29,608 bases of DNA, taken from contig NC_057718.1 in assembly GCF_004010195.1 (NCBI RefSeq), forward strand, positions 89,958,128-89,987,735, read 5' to 3'. Position 1 is the stretch's first letter. Each line of letters starts with the position of its first letter. This DNA comes from Chiloscyllium plagiosum. Its lineage: Eukaryota. Shown in pieces: positions 11,811 through 20,820 of this stretch. Below the pieces are notes generated by a model. The model was not told the DNA's origin, ran no database searches, and saw nothing but the letters and a program-made list of their open reading frames with translations. The translations under genes were made by a program, and so were the position numbers.

Positions 11811-12640
11811 CATAGGAACATAGAAACAGGAGTAAGCCATTCAGCCTTTTGAACCTGTTCTGCCATTCAGTAAGATTATGGCTGATCCGTGGCCCAACTC
11901 CATATACCTACCTTTGGCCCATAACCCTTAACACCTTAGCTTAACAAAATTTTGTCTATCTCAGATTTAAAACTAACAACTGATCCAGCATCTACTACTA
12001 TTTGTGGAACAGAGTTCCAAACATCTATCATCCTTTGAGTGTAGCTGTGCTTCCTAACATCTCTCCTGAATGATCTGGCCCTAATTCTCAGACCTTGTCT
12101 TTTCCTGTTCATATCTATAGGCATTTGATTAAATCACCCCTTAACACTCTAAAGTGTAGAGAAAACAGGCCTAATTCATATAATCTCTCCTCATAACTTA
12201 GCCCTTGAAGTCCAGGTATCATTCTTGAAAACCTAAGTTATACACCCTCCAAGGCCAATACAACCTTCCAAAAGTGTTGGATGTAGGTTTGCTTGCTGAG
12301 CTGGAAGATTGGTTTTCAGACATTTTGTCACCAAATTAGGTAACCTCTTCAGTGAGCCTCCGAATGAAGCATTGGTGGTGTAGCCCACTTTCTATTTATA
12401 CGTTTGAGTTTCCTTGGGTTACCCAACTCAAACATATAAACAGAAAGCAGGCTACATCACCAGTGTTTCATCCGGAGGCTCACTGAAGGAGTTACCTTGT
12501 ACGGTGATGAAACATCTGAAAACGAACCTTCCAGCTCAGTGAGCAAACCTACATCCAGAACCTCAACCTGAGCTACAAATCTTCTCAAAACTCGCTTCCA
12601 AAGGTGTGTTGCCCTGATCTGCTCAGAGTACTCCAAGGGA
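11811..12640 (-). mobile_element. CR1 LINE 3' fragment, interrupted at 12278-12594
   Basis: CATAGGAACATAG tail, FRRDVRKHSYTQRMIDVWNSVP C-terminal motif; the CR1 sequence resumes after the TSD. Confidence 0.85.
12278..12594. mobile_element. Fold-back insertion of a Penelope-like terminal repeat with two hammerhead cores
   Basis: ~140-bp inverted arms (12278-12419 / 12421-12557); 13-bp TSD CTTCCAAA(A/G)GTGT at 12265-12277 and 12595-12607; hammerhead-like cores at 12316-12355(-) and 12480-12519(+). Confidence 0.75.
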
Positions 12641-12679
12641 GTTATACCATATCCCTAATTGCTCTTTATTGCATGACCA

Positions 12680-12970
12680 TTTCAGAGGGCAAACAAAAGT
12701 CAACCATATTGCTGAGTCTGCAGTCACATGTAGGCCACACTGATAAGGATGGTAGATTTGTTTCCTTATAAGTAAATCAGTGAACCCAATGGATTTCTAC
12801 AATAAGTAACGGTCATTGTCATGGTCACCATTACTGCACTTAGCTTTAAGTTCCAGATGAATTGGTTGAATTTCAATTCCGCAAATTGTCATGGTGGGAA
12901 TTGAACTTGCCTCCTCAGAACATTAGTTGTGTCCTCTGCATTACTAGTCATATGCTAGTACCACCATCTC
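12680..12970 (-). mobile_element. Old tRNA-derived SINE (second family)
   Basis: Reverse strand has a B-box-like AGTTCAATTCCCACC and body AGTAATGGTGACCATGA...GGCCTACATGTGACT. A head fragment of the same type is at ~13160-13212(+). Confidence 0.55.
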
Positions 12971-13249
12971 CCACTCACAGAACATAGCTTGGTCTGATCA
13001 GATTGTTGAGGCCGGATCTGAACTCATGTTTAATAAAGCAACATCTGACCAATCACCACATACTCTCACTTACATGTATGTGCTTTTACCCTAAAAATAC
13101 CCAATCACATTAAAATATTTTGCTCATTAGCTTCCTCTCTGCAAATAATTACAACTGACGGGACAGTAACACAGTGGCAATGTCACTGAACTAACAAATC
13201 CAGAGACCCGGGGATTAAAAATAAGGACGAAAATTTTGAAACCAAATTA

Positions 13250-13435
<186 letters not shown>

Positions 13436-13529
13436 TTAAAGATTTAACATCGACACAGCTGCCCAGTGATTTAATGCTGACTCCCAACATGAATTATCAC
13501 GTGTCTATTTTACTGATGGTTAGTATTGA

Positions 13530-13790
13530 AGCCTTTTGGTCAGAGGTTTGCGGATTCAAGTCCCAGTCCAAGACTTCAGCACAAAGTACAAGTCGACAGT
13601 GCCGGTGTTGCATCTTCTCCAGGACCCTTTCAAAGCCAGAGAGGATGGGCAATAAATGCTGGCCTTATCAACAACATTCACATCCCAATAACAAATCAGA
13701 TAAAAATTGCCATCTTTCAGCTGAAATGTTGAACTGAGGACCTGTTGCCTCCTTGGGTGGAGGAAACATTCCCATACATCTATTTGGATT
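13530..13790 (+). mobile_element. Decayed Deu-type SINE containing a short LINE/SINE tail
   Basis: gtcagaggtttgcggattcaagtcccagtcca head and gccatctttcag..gaaatgttgaactgagg body; GGGCAATAAATGCTGGCC tail lies in between. Confidence 0.5.
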
Positions 13791-14037
13791 CTTCCTTTAA
13801 ACTGTGTGCCAACAGTGTTACATACAGATTCCCCATATCTCTACATAACGAGAAACAATTTTCTATAACTCTATATATAGTTTAGATAAACTCCCATACA
13901 CATAGATTGAGGAGCACATAACCTTACATATTTCGATACAGAATATTTCATAATCCTATATAATCAGGTAGAGTCTCATTTCCCTATATATACACTGAGT
14001 ATCCCAGAGCTCTGGTTGCCAAGTATCCAATACAGTT

Positions 14038-14216
14038 CTCCAGGTTGATTATAACCTCACTGCGAAGCCTCTTCCAAGGATGCCCATCTCGAAGATGTTC
14101 TCCTCCCTCTACAAGGATCCACACATTCCTGATGAAAAGCTCATGCTCGAAAAGCAACTCTCCTGCTTCTCGGATGCTGCTTGACCGGCTGTGCTTTTCT
14201 TGCACTACACTTTTGA
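14038..14216 (+). mobile_element. 179-bp Penelope-like insertion with decayed hammerhead core
   Basis: Perfect 18-bp direct repeat CAAGTATCCAATACAGTT at 14020-14037 and 14217-14234; CTGATGA at 14129-14135 and GAAA at 14149-14152; 3' half matches the family at 18150-18250 and 19225-19310. Confidence 0.75.
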
Positions 14217-14409
14217 CAAGTATCCAATACAGTTAATTTATTATGTCCTTCCATAGAGACACGTATCTCACAGTGCTACATATTTACATAGTATGCCAAA
14301 TTCGATATGTATAGTTAAGTGTTCCAGATTCCTCTGTATGTTAGAGTACACGCCTATATATATAATGAAAGCCTCCTAGTCATATCATGAGGTTTAACTG
14401 ATTTACATA

Positions 14410-14628
14410 CATGCAGTCCCAAGGTTGTGAATAGGTTCTCTTCTCAAGCCAATTTGCAAGTCAATTTGTACCGAATTGAAACGCAATGCAGGACATTATA
14501 AAATAGCCTTTCGTAAGTCCAGGGAATGTTTGTATGTTGAACCTTTAAAATTATACCCTGTATGAGATTGTGTTCACACAAGTACGAGCATTCATAAGTC
14601 AAACATTTGTAAACTGGGGGATCTTCTG
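14410..14628. mobile_element. Tc1/mariner-pogo (Tigger-like) non-autonomous DNA transposon
   Basis: TA on both flanks; imperfect TIRs CATGCAGTCCCAAGGTTGTGAAT and (reverse complement) CAGAAGATCCCCCAGTTTACAAAT; internal TTCGTAAGTC-like subrepeats. Confidence 0.55.
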
Positions 14629-14673
14629 TAGTTACACCTGTTCTGGACTCCCTCACAAGCGCAAACAATTTAA

Positions 14674-14994
14674 GGGTGGCATGGTGGCTCAGTGGTTAGC
14701 ACTGCTGGCTCACAGCACAAGGGTTCCAGGTTCGATTCCAGCCTCGGGCGACTGTCTGTGTGGGAGTTTGCACATTCTCCCCGTGTCTCCGTGGGTTTCC
14801 TCCGGGTGCTCCGGTTTCCTCCCACAGTCCAAAGATGTGCAGGTCATGTGAATTGGCAATGCTACATTGCCCATAGTGTTAGGTGCATTAGTCAGAGGGA
14901 AATGGGTCTGGATGGGTTACTCTTTCGAGGGTCGGTGTGGACTAGTTGGGCCGAAGGGCCTGTTTCCACACTGTAGGGAAATCTAATCTAATCT
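14674..14994 (+). mobile_element. tRNA-derived SINE (HE1/V-SINE type), full length
   Basis: A box TGGCTCAGTGG, B box GGTTCGATTCC, central conserved domain, (AATCT)n tail, 7-bp TSD AATTTAA at 14667-14673 and 14995-15001. Confidence 0.93.
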
Positions 14995-16026
14995 AATTTA
15001 AAACGTTGCTAATTTAAGACACTTTAAAATGTTAAAAGTTAGCACACAGCATTCTTTTTGCCAGGGAAAGAGCTCCAGGCTGTTCAGTCTCATGGAAGTT
15101 AAAAAAAACCCTGAATCTATGGTGCTGACAGACAAGTACCTGTCTACCAGAAGGTCTCTCCATCTTTGCTGCCAGATCATACTTCCCCAGCCAGGTCATC
15201 CCACGTTTACCACAGGACATGCTGAGACAGAGAAAGAGGCCACTCAGACAGCTGAATGACTCAGATTCTGCATGTCCACTTACAGCATGCACCACATACA
15301 GTTATAATGTCCCACACCGCCACATGTATCTTAACACAATGACTCTGAATACTACATAAATGCCATAAGAAAATCATAAGACACTGGAACAGAGGTCAGC
15401 CATTCAGCGCATCAAGTCAACTCCAGCATTTAATGAAATGACTGGTAATTCTGAACTCCACTTTCCTGCCTTATCCTCATAAACTTTAGATTCCTTTCGT
15501 GATTAGAAAACTGTTGATCTCAGCCTTGAATAGACTTCATGATCAAGCCTCGACAGGCCTCTGCAATAAAGAATTCCACAGATTCGCCATCCAGAGAGAA
15601 AAAAAAGTCTTCATCTTAAATAGGTGATCCCTTATTCTGAGATAATGTCCTCTGGTCCTACACTCTCTCACAAGAGGAAATAACCTCTCAGCATCTGCCC
15701 CATCAAGGCCCCCCAAGAATCTTATATATTTCAATAAAGTCTCCTCCTGTCGTCCCATTCCTGCCTCAGCAGAAGCAAACTGCTCATAGACACAGCGTAG
15801 TTTTATCTCCTTCGTCTTTATTCCAGGCCCCGGAGGGAGAGAGGACGATCGCCTGCATGCACAGTGACATGAATTCTCGGTCTACTTTCGAACAGCAGTT
15901 TCTTAATGAATTATATAGTCATTTACAGGGAGGAGCATCCAGATAAGGCAACATACATATTGATTGGGTGACCGTTACAATCAGCAAATATCAAAAGTAA
16001 AGATTAAACCATCTGCTGTTACACAA

Positions 16027-16150
16027 TGAATGTTCTTAACCTTGTTAACTGGCTTCACATATTGAATATTTTTCACCTTGTTAACTGACTTTACATACTG
16101 ATTGCTTCTTCATCTTGTTAAAAGGCTCTACCTAATGAATGCTTTTCCAC
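16027..16150. repeat. ~36-bp tandem repeat, ~3.5 copies, within the LTR
   Basis: TGAATGTTCTTAACCTTGTTAACTGGCTTCACATAT / TGAATATTTTTCACCTTGTTAACTGACTTTACATAC / TGATTGCTTCTTCATCTTGTTAAAAGG... Confidence 0.8.
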
Positions 16151-16176
16151 TACCCTTGCTTCCAGCATCTCATTGT

Positions 16177-16495
16177 TTAGATTAGATTAGACTACCTACA
16201 GTGTGGAAACAGGCCCTTCGGCCCAACAAGTCCACACCGGCCCTCCGAAGAGCAACCCACCCAGACCCACTTCCCTCTAACCTGTGTATCTAGCACAATG
16301 GGCAATTTAGCATGGCCAATTCACCTAACCTGCACATCTTTGGACTGTGGGAGGAAACCGGAGCACCCAGAGGAAACCCACGCAGACACGGGGAGAATGT
16401 GCAAACTCCACACAGACAGTTGCCCGAGGCTGGAATCGAACCTGGGACCCTGGTGCTGTGAGGCAGCAGCGCTAACCACTGAGCACCGTGCCGCC
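16177..16495 (-). mobile_element. tRNA-derived SINE (HE1/V-SINE type), young
   Basis: Close reverse complement of 14674-14994, with (TTAGA)n tail. Confidence 0.93.
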
Positions 16496-17960
16496 AAGTT
16501 CCTATCTGATCCGAGTCATGCTCGCTGAACCTTTTGTTGCACAAAAACTTCACTCTTTCCCTATTTGCTCATACCTTACACACATTCTCACTCCCATTCC
16601 TCTAAACTCCAATGAATACAAGTCCAACTTATTTCCCCTCTCATACAACAATCCCTCCATACCTAGAAACAATCCAGTGAACTTTCTCTGGACTGCCTCC
16701 AATGCTGATATACCTGTCTCTAGATAAAGGGACCAAAACTGTGCACAGTGTCCTTGAGTGTAGTCTGACTAATGTCTTGTATAGTTTTAGCAAGATTCTG
16801 CTATTGAAATACTCCATACTGTCTATATAGATAAACATAATGATATAGACTACATATACATACATAAGATGCACTGTACAATCCCAATATGGACAGTTAC
16901 ATACACTCCGCCCAATCCCTACATCAACAGATTTCCAGTAACTCTTTATTAGTGTTCCAGACTCCTATACATACATATATTATATATATACACATAAGAG
17001 TGTCTGACATGCCTCTATGTAGTTATATACACTCTCCCCAACCCCTATATATCTACAGTTCTATATTTATTGTTAGTGTTCCAAATTTCTATGTTGAGAA
17101 AACATATTGCTTCACATGCCTATAGTAGTTACATACACTTCCTCATTCCTATATATTTACATATAGGAAGCTCTGCAGACTTACATCTGTAGTTAGTGTA
17201 AACATGTAGGTGGTCTGATTTGTAAATCTGCAGACAACATGTGGAGTTTTGGAAAGTAGGTAGGTTGTCAACAGGTACAGCAGGATATAGATCAGTTAGA
17301 AAGTTTGGCAGAGAAATGGAGATGGAGTTTAATATAGACAAGTTTGTGGTGATGTATTTTGGGAGGTCAAACACAACAGGAAAGCATTCAGTAAATAGCA
17401 GGACTCTTGTGAACATTGATATACAGAGGGATATTGGAGTGGAAGTCTATAGTTCCCCAAAAGTGGCAACACTAGTGGATAAGGTAGTAAAGAAGGCATA
17501 CAGCATACTTGCCTTCATTGGTCAGGGCACTAAGTATAAAAATTGACAAATCATGTTGTAGCTGTATGAAACCTTAGTTTGGCCACTTTTGGACTAATGT
17601 GTGCAGTTCTGGTTACTACAGTACAGGAAGATGTGGATTGCTGTGGAAAGGGTGCTAAGGAGGTTTTCCCGAGATGTTGCCTAGATTGGAGTGTATCAGT
17701 TCTCAGGAGAGGCTGGAGAAACTTGTTAGTGTTTTCATAAGAGCCTGGGAGGCTGAGGGGCGAACTGCTGGAAGTATATAAAATTATGAGAGGCAGGGAT
17801 TGGCTGGATAGTTGGAGTCTTTTTGCCAGGATGGAAATGTCAAATACTAGGGAGCACAGGTTTAAAGTGAAATGGGAGAAGTTTAAAGAAGACATGTGAG
17901 CAAAGCTTTTTTAGGTGGGGGAAGTAGGTGCCAGCAATGTACTGCCAGGGGAGGGAGTAG

Positions 17961-18088
17961 AGAAAAAAAAAGAGAACCTGCAGATATTAGAATCCAAAGT
18001 AGACAAGCAGGAGGCTGGAAGATCACAGCAAGCCAGGCAGCACCAGGGGGGTGGAGAAGTTAATGTTCCGGGTATAACCCTTCTTCAG
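17961..18088 (-). mobile_element. Penelope-like terminal-repeat fragment with decayed hammerhead core
   Basis: Minus strand CUGAAGA-A-GGGU-UAU-ACCC-GGAA-CAUU; flanked by imperfect duplication GGGAGTAGA / GGTGGTAGA. Confidence 0.6.
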
Positions 18089-18213
18089 GTGGTAGAAACA
18101 GATGTGATAGCAATGTTGAACAGGCATTTAGACAGACACATGAGGAGAAGGAATCTAGATTAGAGTGGTGCTGGGAAAGCACAGCAGGTCAGGCAGCATC
18201 CGAGGAGCAGGAA

Positions 18214-18249
18214 AATTGACGTTTCGGGCAAAAGCCCTTCATCAGGAAT
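18214..18249 (-). ncRNA. Minimal type I hammerhead ribozyme motif within a short repeat (~18144-18258)
   Basis: Minus strand AUUC-CUGAUGA-A-GGGC-UUUU-GCCC-GAAA-C-GUC-AAUU: intact core, stem II and GUC triplet; weak stem I. ACATGA flanks both sides of the repeat. Confidence 0.65.
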
Positions 18250-18599
18250 GAAGTGCCTACATGAATAGAAGGATATACACTATGTGCAGGCAGATAGAAT
18301 AGCATCATAGCCAATGCAAACACAGTGGGTTGAAGGGCCTGTTCCTGTGCTGTACTTTTCCATATATATATTCCATATCTATAATTACCAAGTGTTCCAG
18401 ATGCCTTTATCTATGACAATGCAGTTATATCGATTCCCCATGCCTTATGCATTTGCAGTTGTTCAACTTCACAAACCCATATCTATAGTTATCCAGTGTT
18501 CCAGACTCTTATATCCAGAATAATTTCCCATATGCCTATATGCAGTTATATACAGTCCCCCATCCCTTATACATTTATACACACAAGTCTCTGGGGTGA

Positions 18600-19361
18600 A
18601 TTAGCATTTGGAGAATTGTAATTGCAGATACATTCTATTTTGTTCAAAAAGCACACAATCTGCAGACAGTCAATCCATATAACATTTTATAAATTCCTGC
18701 TTTGTAAATAGAACCAGTCTGACTCAAGACTTGAATACAGACAGATTCTAGCCTCACACCTTTAATACATTGTCTGAGCTGAGATGTCACTTTTTTAATA
18801 AAACCTTAAGTTATCTCAAGATTGTGATTTGAAAGACATTCTGGGATTTACATTTTAATGAACTAATATCTGCAATCCATTCTAAAAGATGAAAGACTTA
18901 ACAGCAATCTAGATTTGTTCAATATATTGTTTCAATTGCATGACACTGTGATCTTTTGCTAAAAATTCTGTATTTTATGATCCTACCCCACCAGCTACCT
19001 GATGAAGGAGCAACGCTTCAAAAACTAGTGTTTCCAAATAAACCTGTAGAGCTATAACCTGATCATAGAGTCATTGTGTTGTTTGATCTTTAACTTTGCG
19101 AAAGTGAGTGCTGCAGATGCTGGAGATTAGAGTCAAGAGTGTGCTGCTGGAAAAGCACAGCAAGTCAGGCGGCATCCAAAGAGCAGGAAAATCTACGTTT
19201 CGGGCAAAAGCCCTTCATCGGGAGTCCTGATGAAGGGCTTTTGTCCAAAGAGTCTATTTTCCTGCTCCTCGGATACTGCCTGACCTGCTGTGCTTTTCCA
19301 GCAGCACACTCCTGATTTTTAACTTTGTCCAGCCCAGTCCAACACCGGCTCCTCCACAGCA
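18600..19361 (+). mobile_element. Penelope-like element 3' region with decayed hammerhead, interrupted at 19099-19312
   Basis: UAC-CUGAUGA-A-GGAGC-AAC-GCUUC-AAAA-A-CUA-GUG at 18996-19030, followed by AATAAA; the element continues after the TSD as tccagcccagtccaacacc. Confidence 0.6.
19099..19312. mobile_element. Fold-back insertion of a Penelope-like terminal repeat with two hammerhead cores
   Basis: ~85-bp inverted arms (19138-19222 / 19225-19310); 15-bp TSD TGAT(C/T)TTTAACTTTG at 19084-19098 and 19313-19327. Confidence 0.78.
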
Positions 19362-19700
19362 CATTTAGGTTACAACCTCCCTATAGTCACCCAGTGTTCC
19401 AGACTCCTAAAAATGACAGTGTCTCACATGTCTATATGTAATCATATACATTCCCCCACCCCTTGCACAATTACAGTTGTACAACCTCCCAGACCTCTAT
19501 CTATAGTTAAGAGTGTTCCAAACTCCTGTACAGTATAGAACATAGTGTCCCACATGCCTCTATATATAATATAGTTTATATATATCCCTGATCCAATATA
19601 TATTTACAGTTTACCAGCTCCCAGACCCATATCTATAGGTACCCAGTGTTCCAGTACCTATATAAATATATACCATGAATATTTAGTCAGACAGACTCAC

Positions 19701-19770
19701 GTTCACAGTCAGACCCCTCCAGCTCCAGGCTGTGCTGCACCACGTGCCCCCTGCAGCACCATGTGACCCC
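19701..19770 (-). other. URB2: Probable URB2 non-coding exon 1 (5' end uncertain)
   Basis: Donor AAC|GTGAGT at 19700-19695 at the edge of the CpG island. The ATG exon has an acceptor, so an upstream exon is required. Confidence 0.6.
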
Positions 19771-20070
19771 CGAACCCTCTGCCCTTTCACCCCTGACCGC
19801 CCCCCTCCCCCGCAGCCAATCAACGTGAAGCCGAGCGGAGGCGCCAAAGCGGCGGCGCCGTGACGGGAGGCCCCGAGCCCCGGGCCTGGAGGCCAGCGCG
19901 AAGCCGAGGACAGCCTGAGGCCTAGGCCCCGCTTCCTGTCACCTCCCCCCCCCTCACCCCCCGTGCTGTAGGAGCGAGGCCGTCATGCAGTAAGTTCACC
20001 GGGATCGGGGGGCCGGGCCTGCCATCGCCCGTAGTGTTAGTGCATTAGTCCGGGGGTAACTACGGGGGGA
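19730..20070. promoter_or_regulatory. CpG-island bidirectional promoter (URB2/TAF5L)
   Basis: CpG-dense; E-boxes CACGTG at 19741-19746 and CATGTG at 19760-19765; GC box CCGCCC at 19797-19802; AGCCAATCA (NF-Y) at 19814-19822; ETS-like CTTCCTG at ~19932; divergent donors at 19700 and 19990. Confidence 0.85.
19850..19989 (+). other. TAF5L: Probable TAF5L exon 1 (5' end uncertain)
   Basis: Consensus donor GCA|GTAAGT at 19990-19995, upstream of the acceptor at 20544-20545. Confidence 0.65.
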
Positions 20071-20377
20071 GGGGTCAGTGTGCTCCTCCACCCCCCCTCT
20101 CTTTCCCCCTCTCTCCTTACTGTTACTATCCTTCTAGTCATTCCCCCTCTACCACCCACCCCAGCCTGAACCATCTCCCTCCACGACCCAAACCTATCAA
20201 CTCCCCTCCTCCACACCCTTGCACAGTGACAGAAAGTACCAGTTTCAGTTGACTCTAGAGCTTCAAACAAGAACTTTGTTTTGAGACTATGAGCAGCTCA
20301 GGATATTCGTGACTGAAGGAATGCTAATGATATCACAGTAGCCTGCCAAATATCACTGGAATAAAGATGCTGTGATA

Positions 20378-20495
20378 AAAAGCAAATTACTGTGAATGGT
20401 GAAAATCTAAAGCAAACATTACAAAATGTTAACTCTATTTCCCTCTCCACTGCTGCTGCCAGTCCTACTGAGTTTCAACAACATTTTCTGTGTTA
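20378..20495. mobile_element. Heavily decayed Penelope-like repeat remnant
   Basis: caaaatgttaactct...ctctccac.gctgctgccag.cct.ctgagttt resembles the sequence downstream of the hammerhead cores elsewhere in the window; no CTGANGA remains. Confidence 0.35.
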
Positions 20496-20548
20496 GTTAT
20501 AAAAGATACTGTGCTTCATTGATTTCATTTTGTGTTGATGATTAGACC

Positions 20549-20690
20549 ATGAAGCGAGTACGTACAGAACAGATTCAGACTGCAGTGGCTCTCTACCTCC
20601 GAAGAAGACAATATGTTGACTCTGATGGAGCCCTGAAGCAAGGACCCAAGTTTTCTCAGACTGCAGAAGAAATGGCAACTAACTTAACAG
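20549..20690 (+). CDS. TAF5L: TAF5L (SAGA/PCAF complex subunit) first coding exon
   Basis: ttAG|ACC ATG; translates MKRVRTEQIQTAVALYLRRRQYVDSDGALKQGPKFSQTAEEMATNLT, matching the TAF5L N-terminus; donor CAG|GTACGT at 20691 (phase 1). Head-to-head with URB2 as in human. Confidence 0.95.
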
Positions 20691-20820
20691 GTACGTCAGA
20701 GATCAAATCGAGCAACAACATGAATCATTGCATCTATTTTAGTGACCAGGTGTCAGTATCAAGCTGGTCAGAGTAAAGCTCCTCATTTGACATGTAGATA
20801 AAGTGAAATTAAGTGAATGT

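Larger units (their letters stand above)
15748..16590 (-). mobile_element. Solo LTR (~520 bp net) containing a SINE
   Basis: TG...CA termini; 4-bp TSD CTCC at 15744-15747 and 16591-16594; minus-strand TATATAA at ~15911-15917 followed by AATAAA at ~15817-15822. Confidence 0.75.
15365..16830 (-). mobile_element. CR1 LINE 3' fragment split by a solo LTR
   Basis: ERLFPLVRECRTRGH.LRIR on the left part and LLKLYKTLVRLH on the right; the parts join across the CTCC TSD. Confidence 0.8.
17240..18365 (+). mobile_element. CR1 LINE 3' fragment with two short insertions in its tail
   Basis: MEFNIDKFVVMYFGRSN, QRDIGVEV and VVKKAYSILAFI motifs; 3' end GAAGGGCCTGTTCCTGTGCTGTAC. Confidence 0.9.
16870..19670. 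repeat. Degenerate ~105-135-bp tandem array, fragmented by transposons
   Basis: Anchor AGTGTTCCA at 16951, 17075, 18391, 18495, 19393, 19512 and 19645 (also 14318), most followed by CA(C/T)ATG(C/T)CT...GTTATATACA..CCCC. Confidence 0.75.

Noticed and set aside
14674..14750. tRNA gene
   Set aside because: The A/B boxes are the head of a SINE present in four copies in the window.
16027..16150. CRISPR-like array of 36-bp repeats
   Set aside because: The units are contiguous with no spacers, lie within a eukaryotic LTR, and there are no cas genes.
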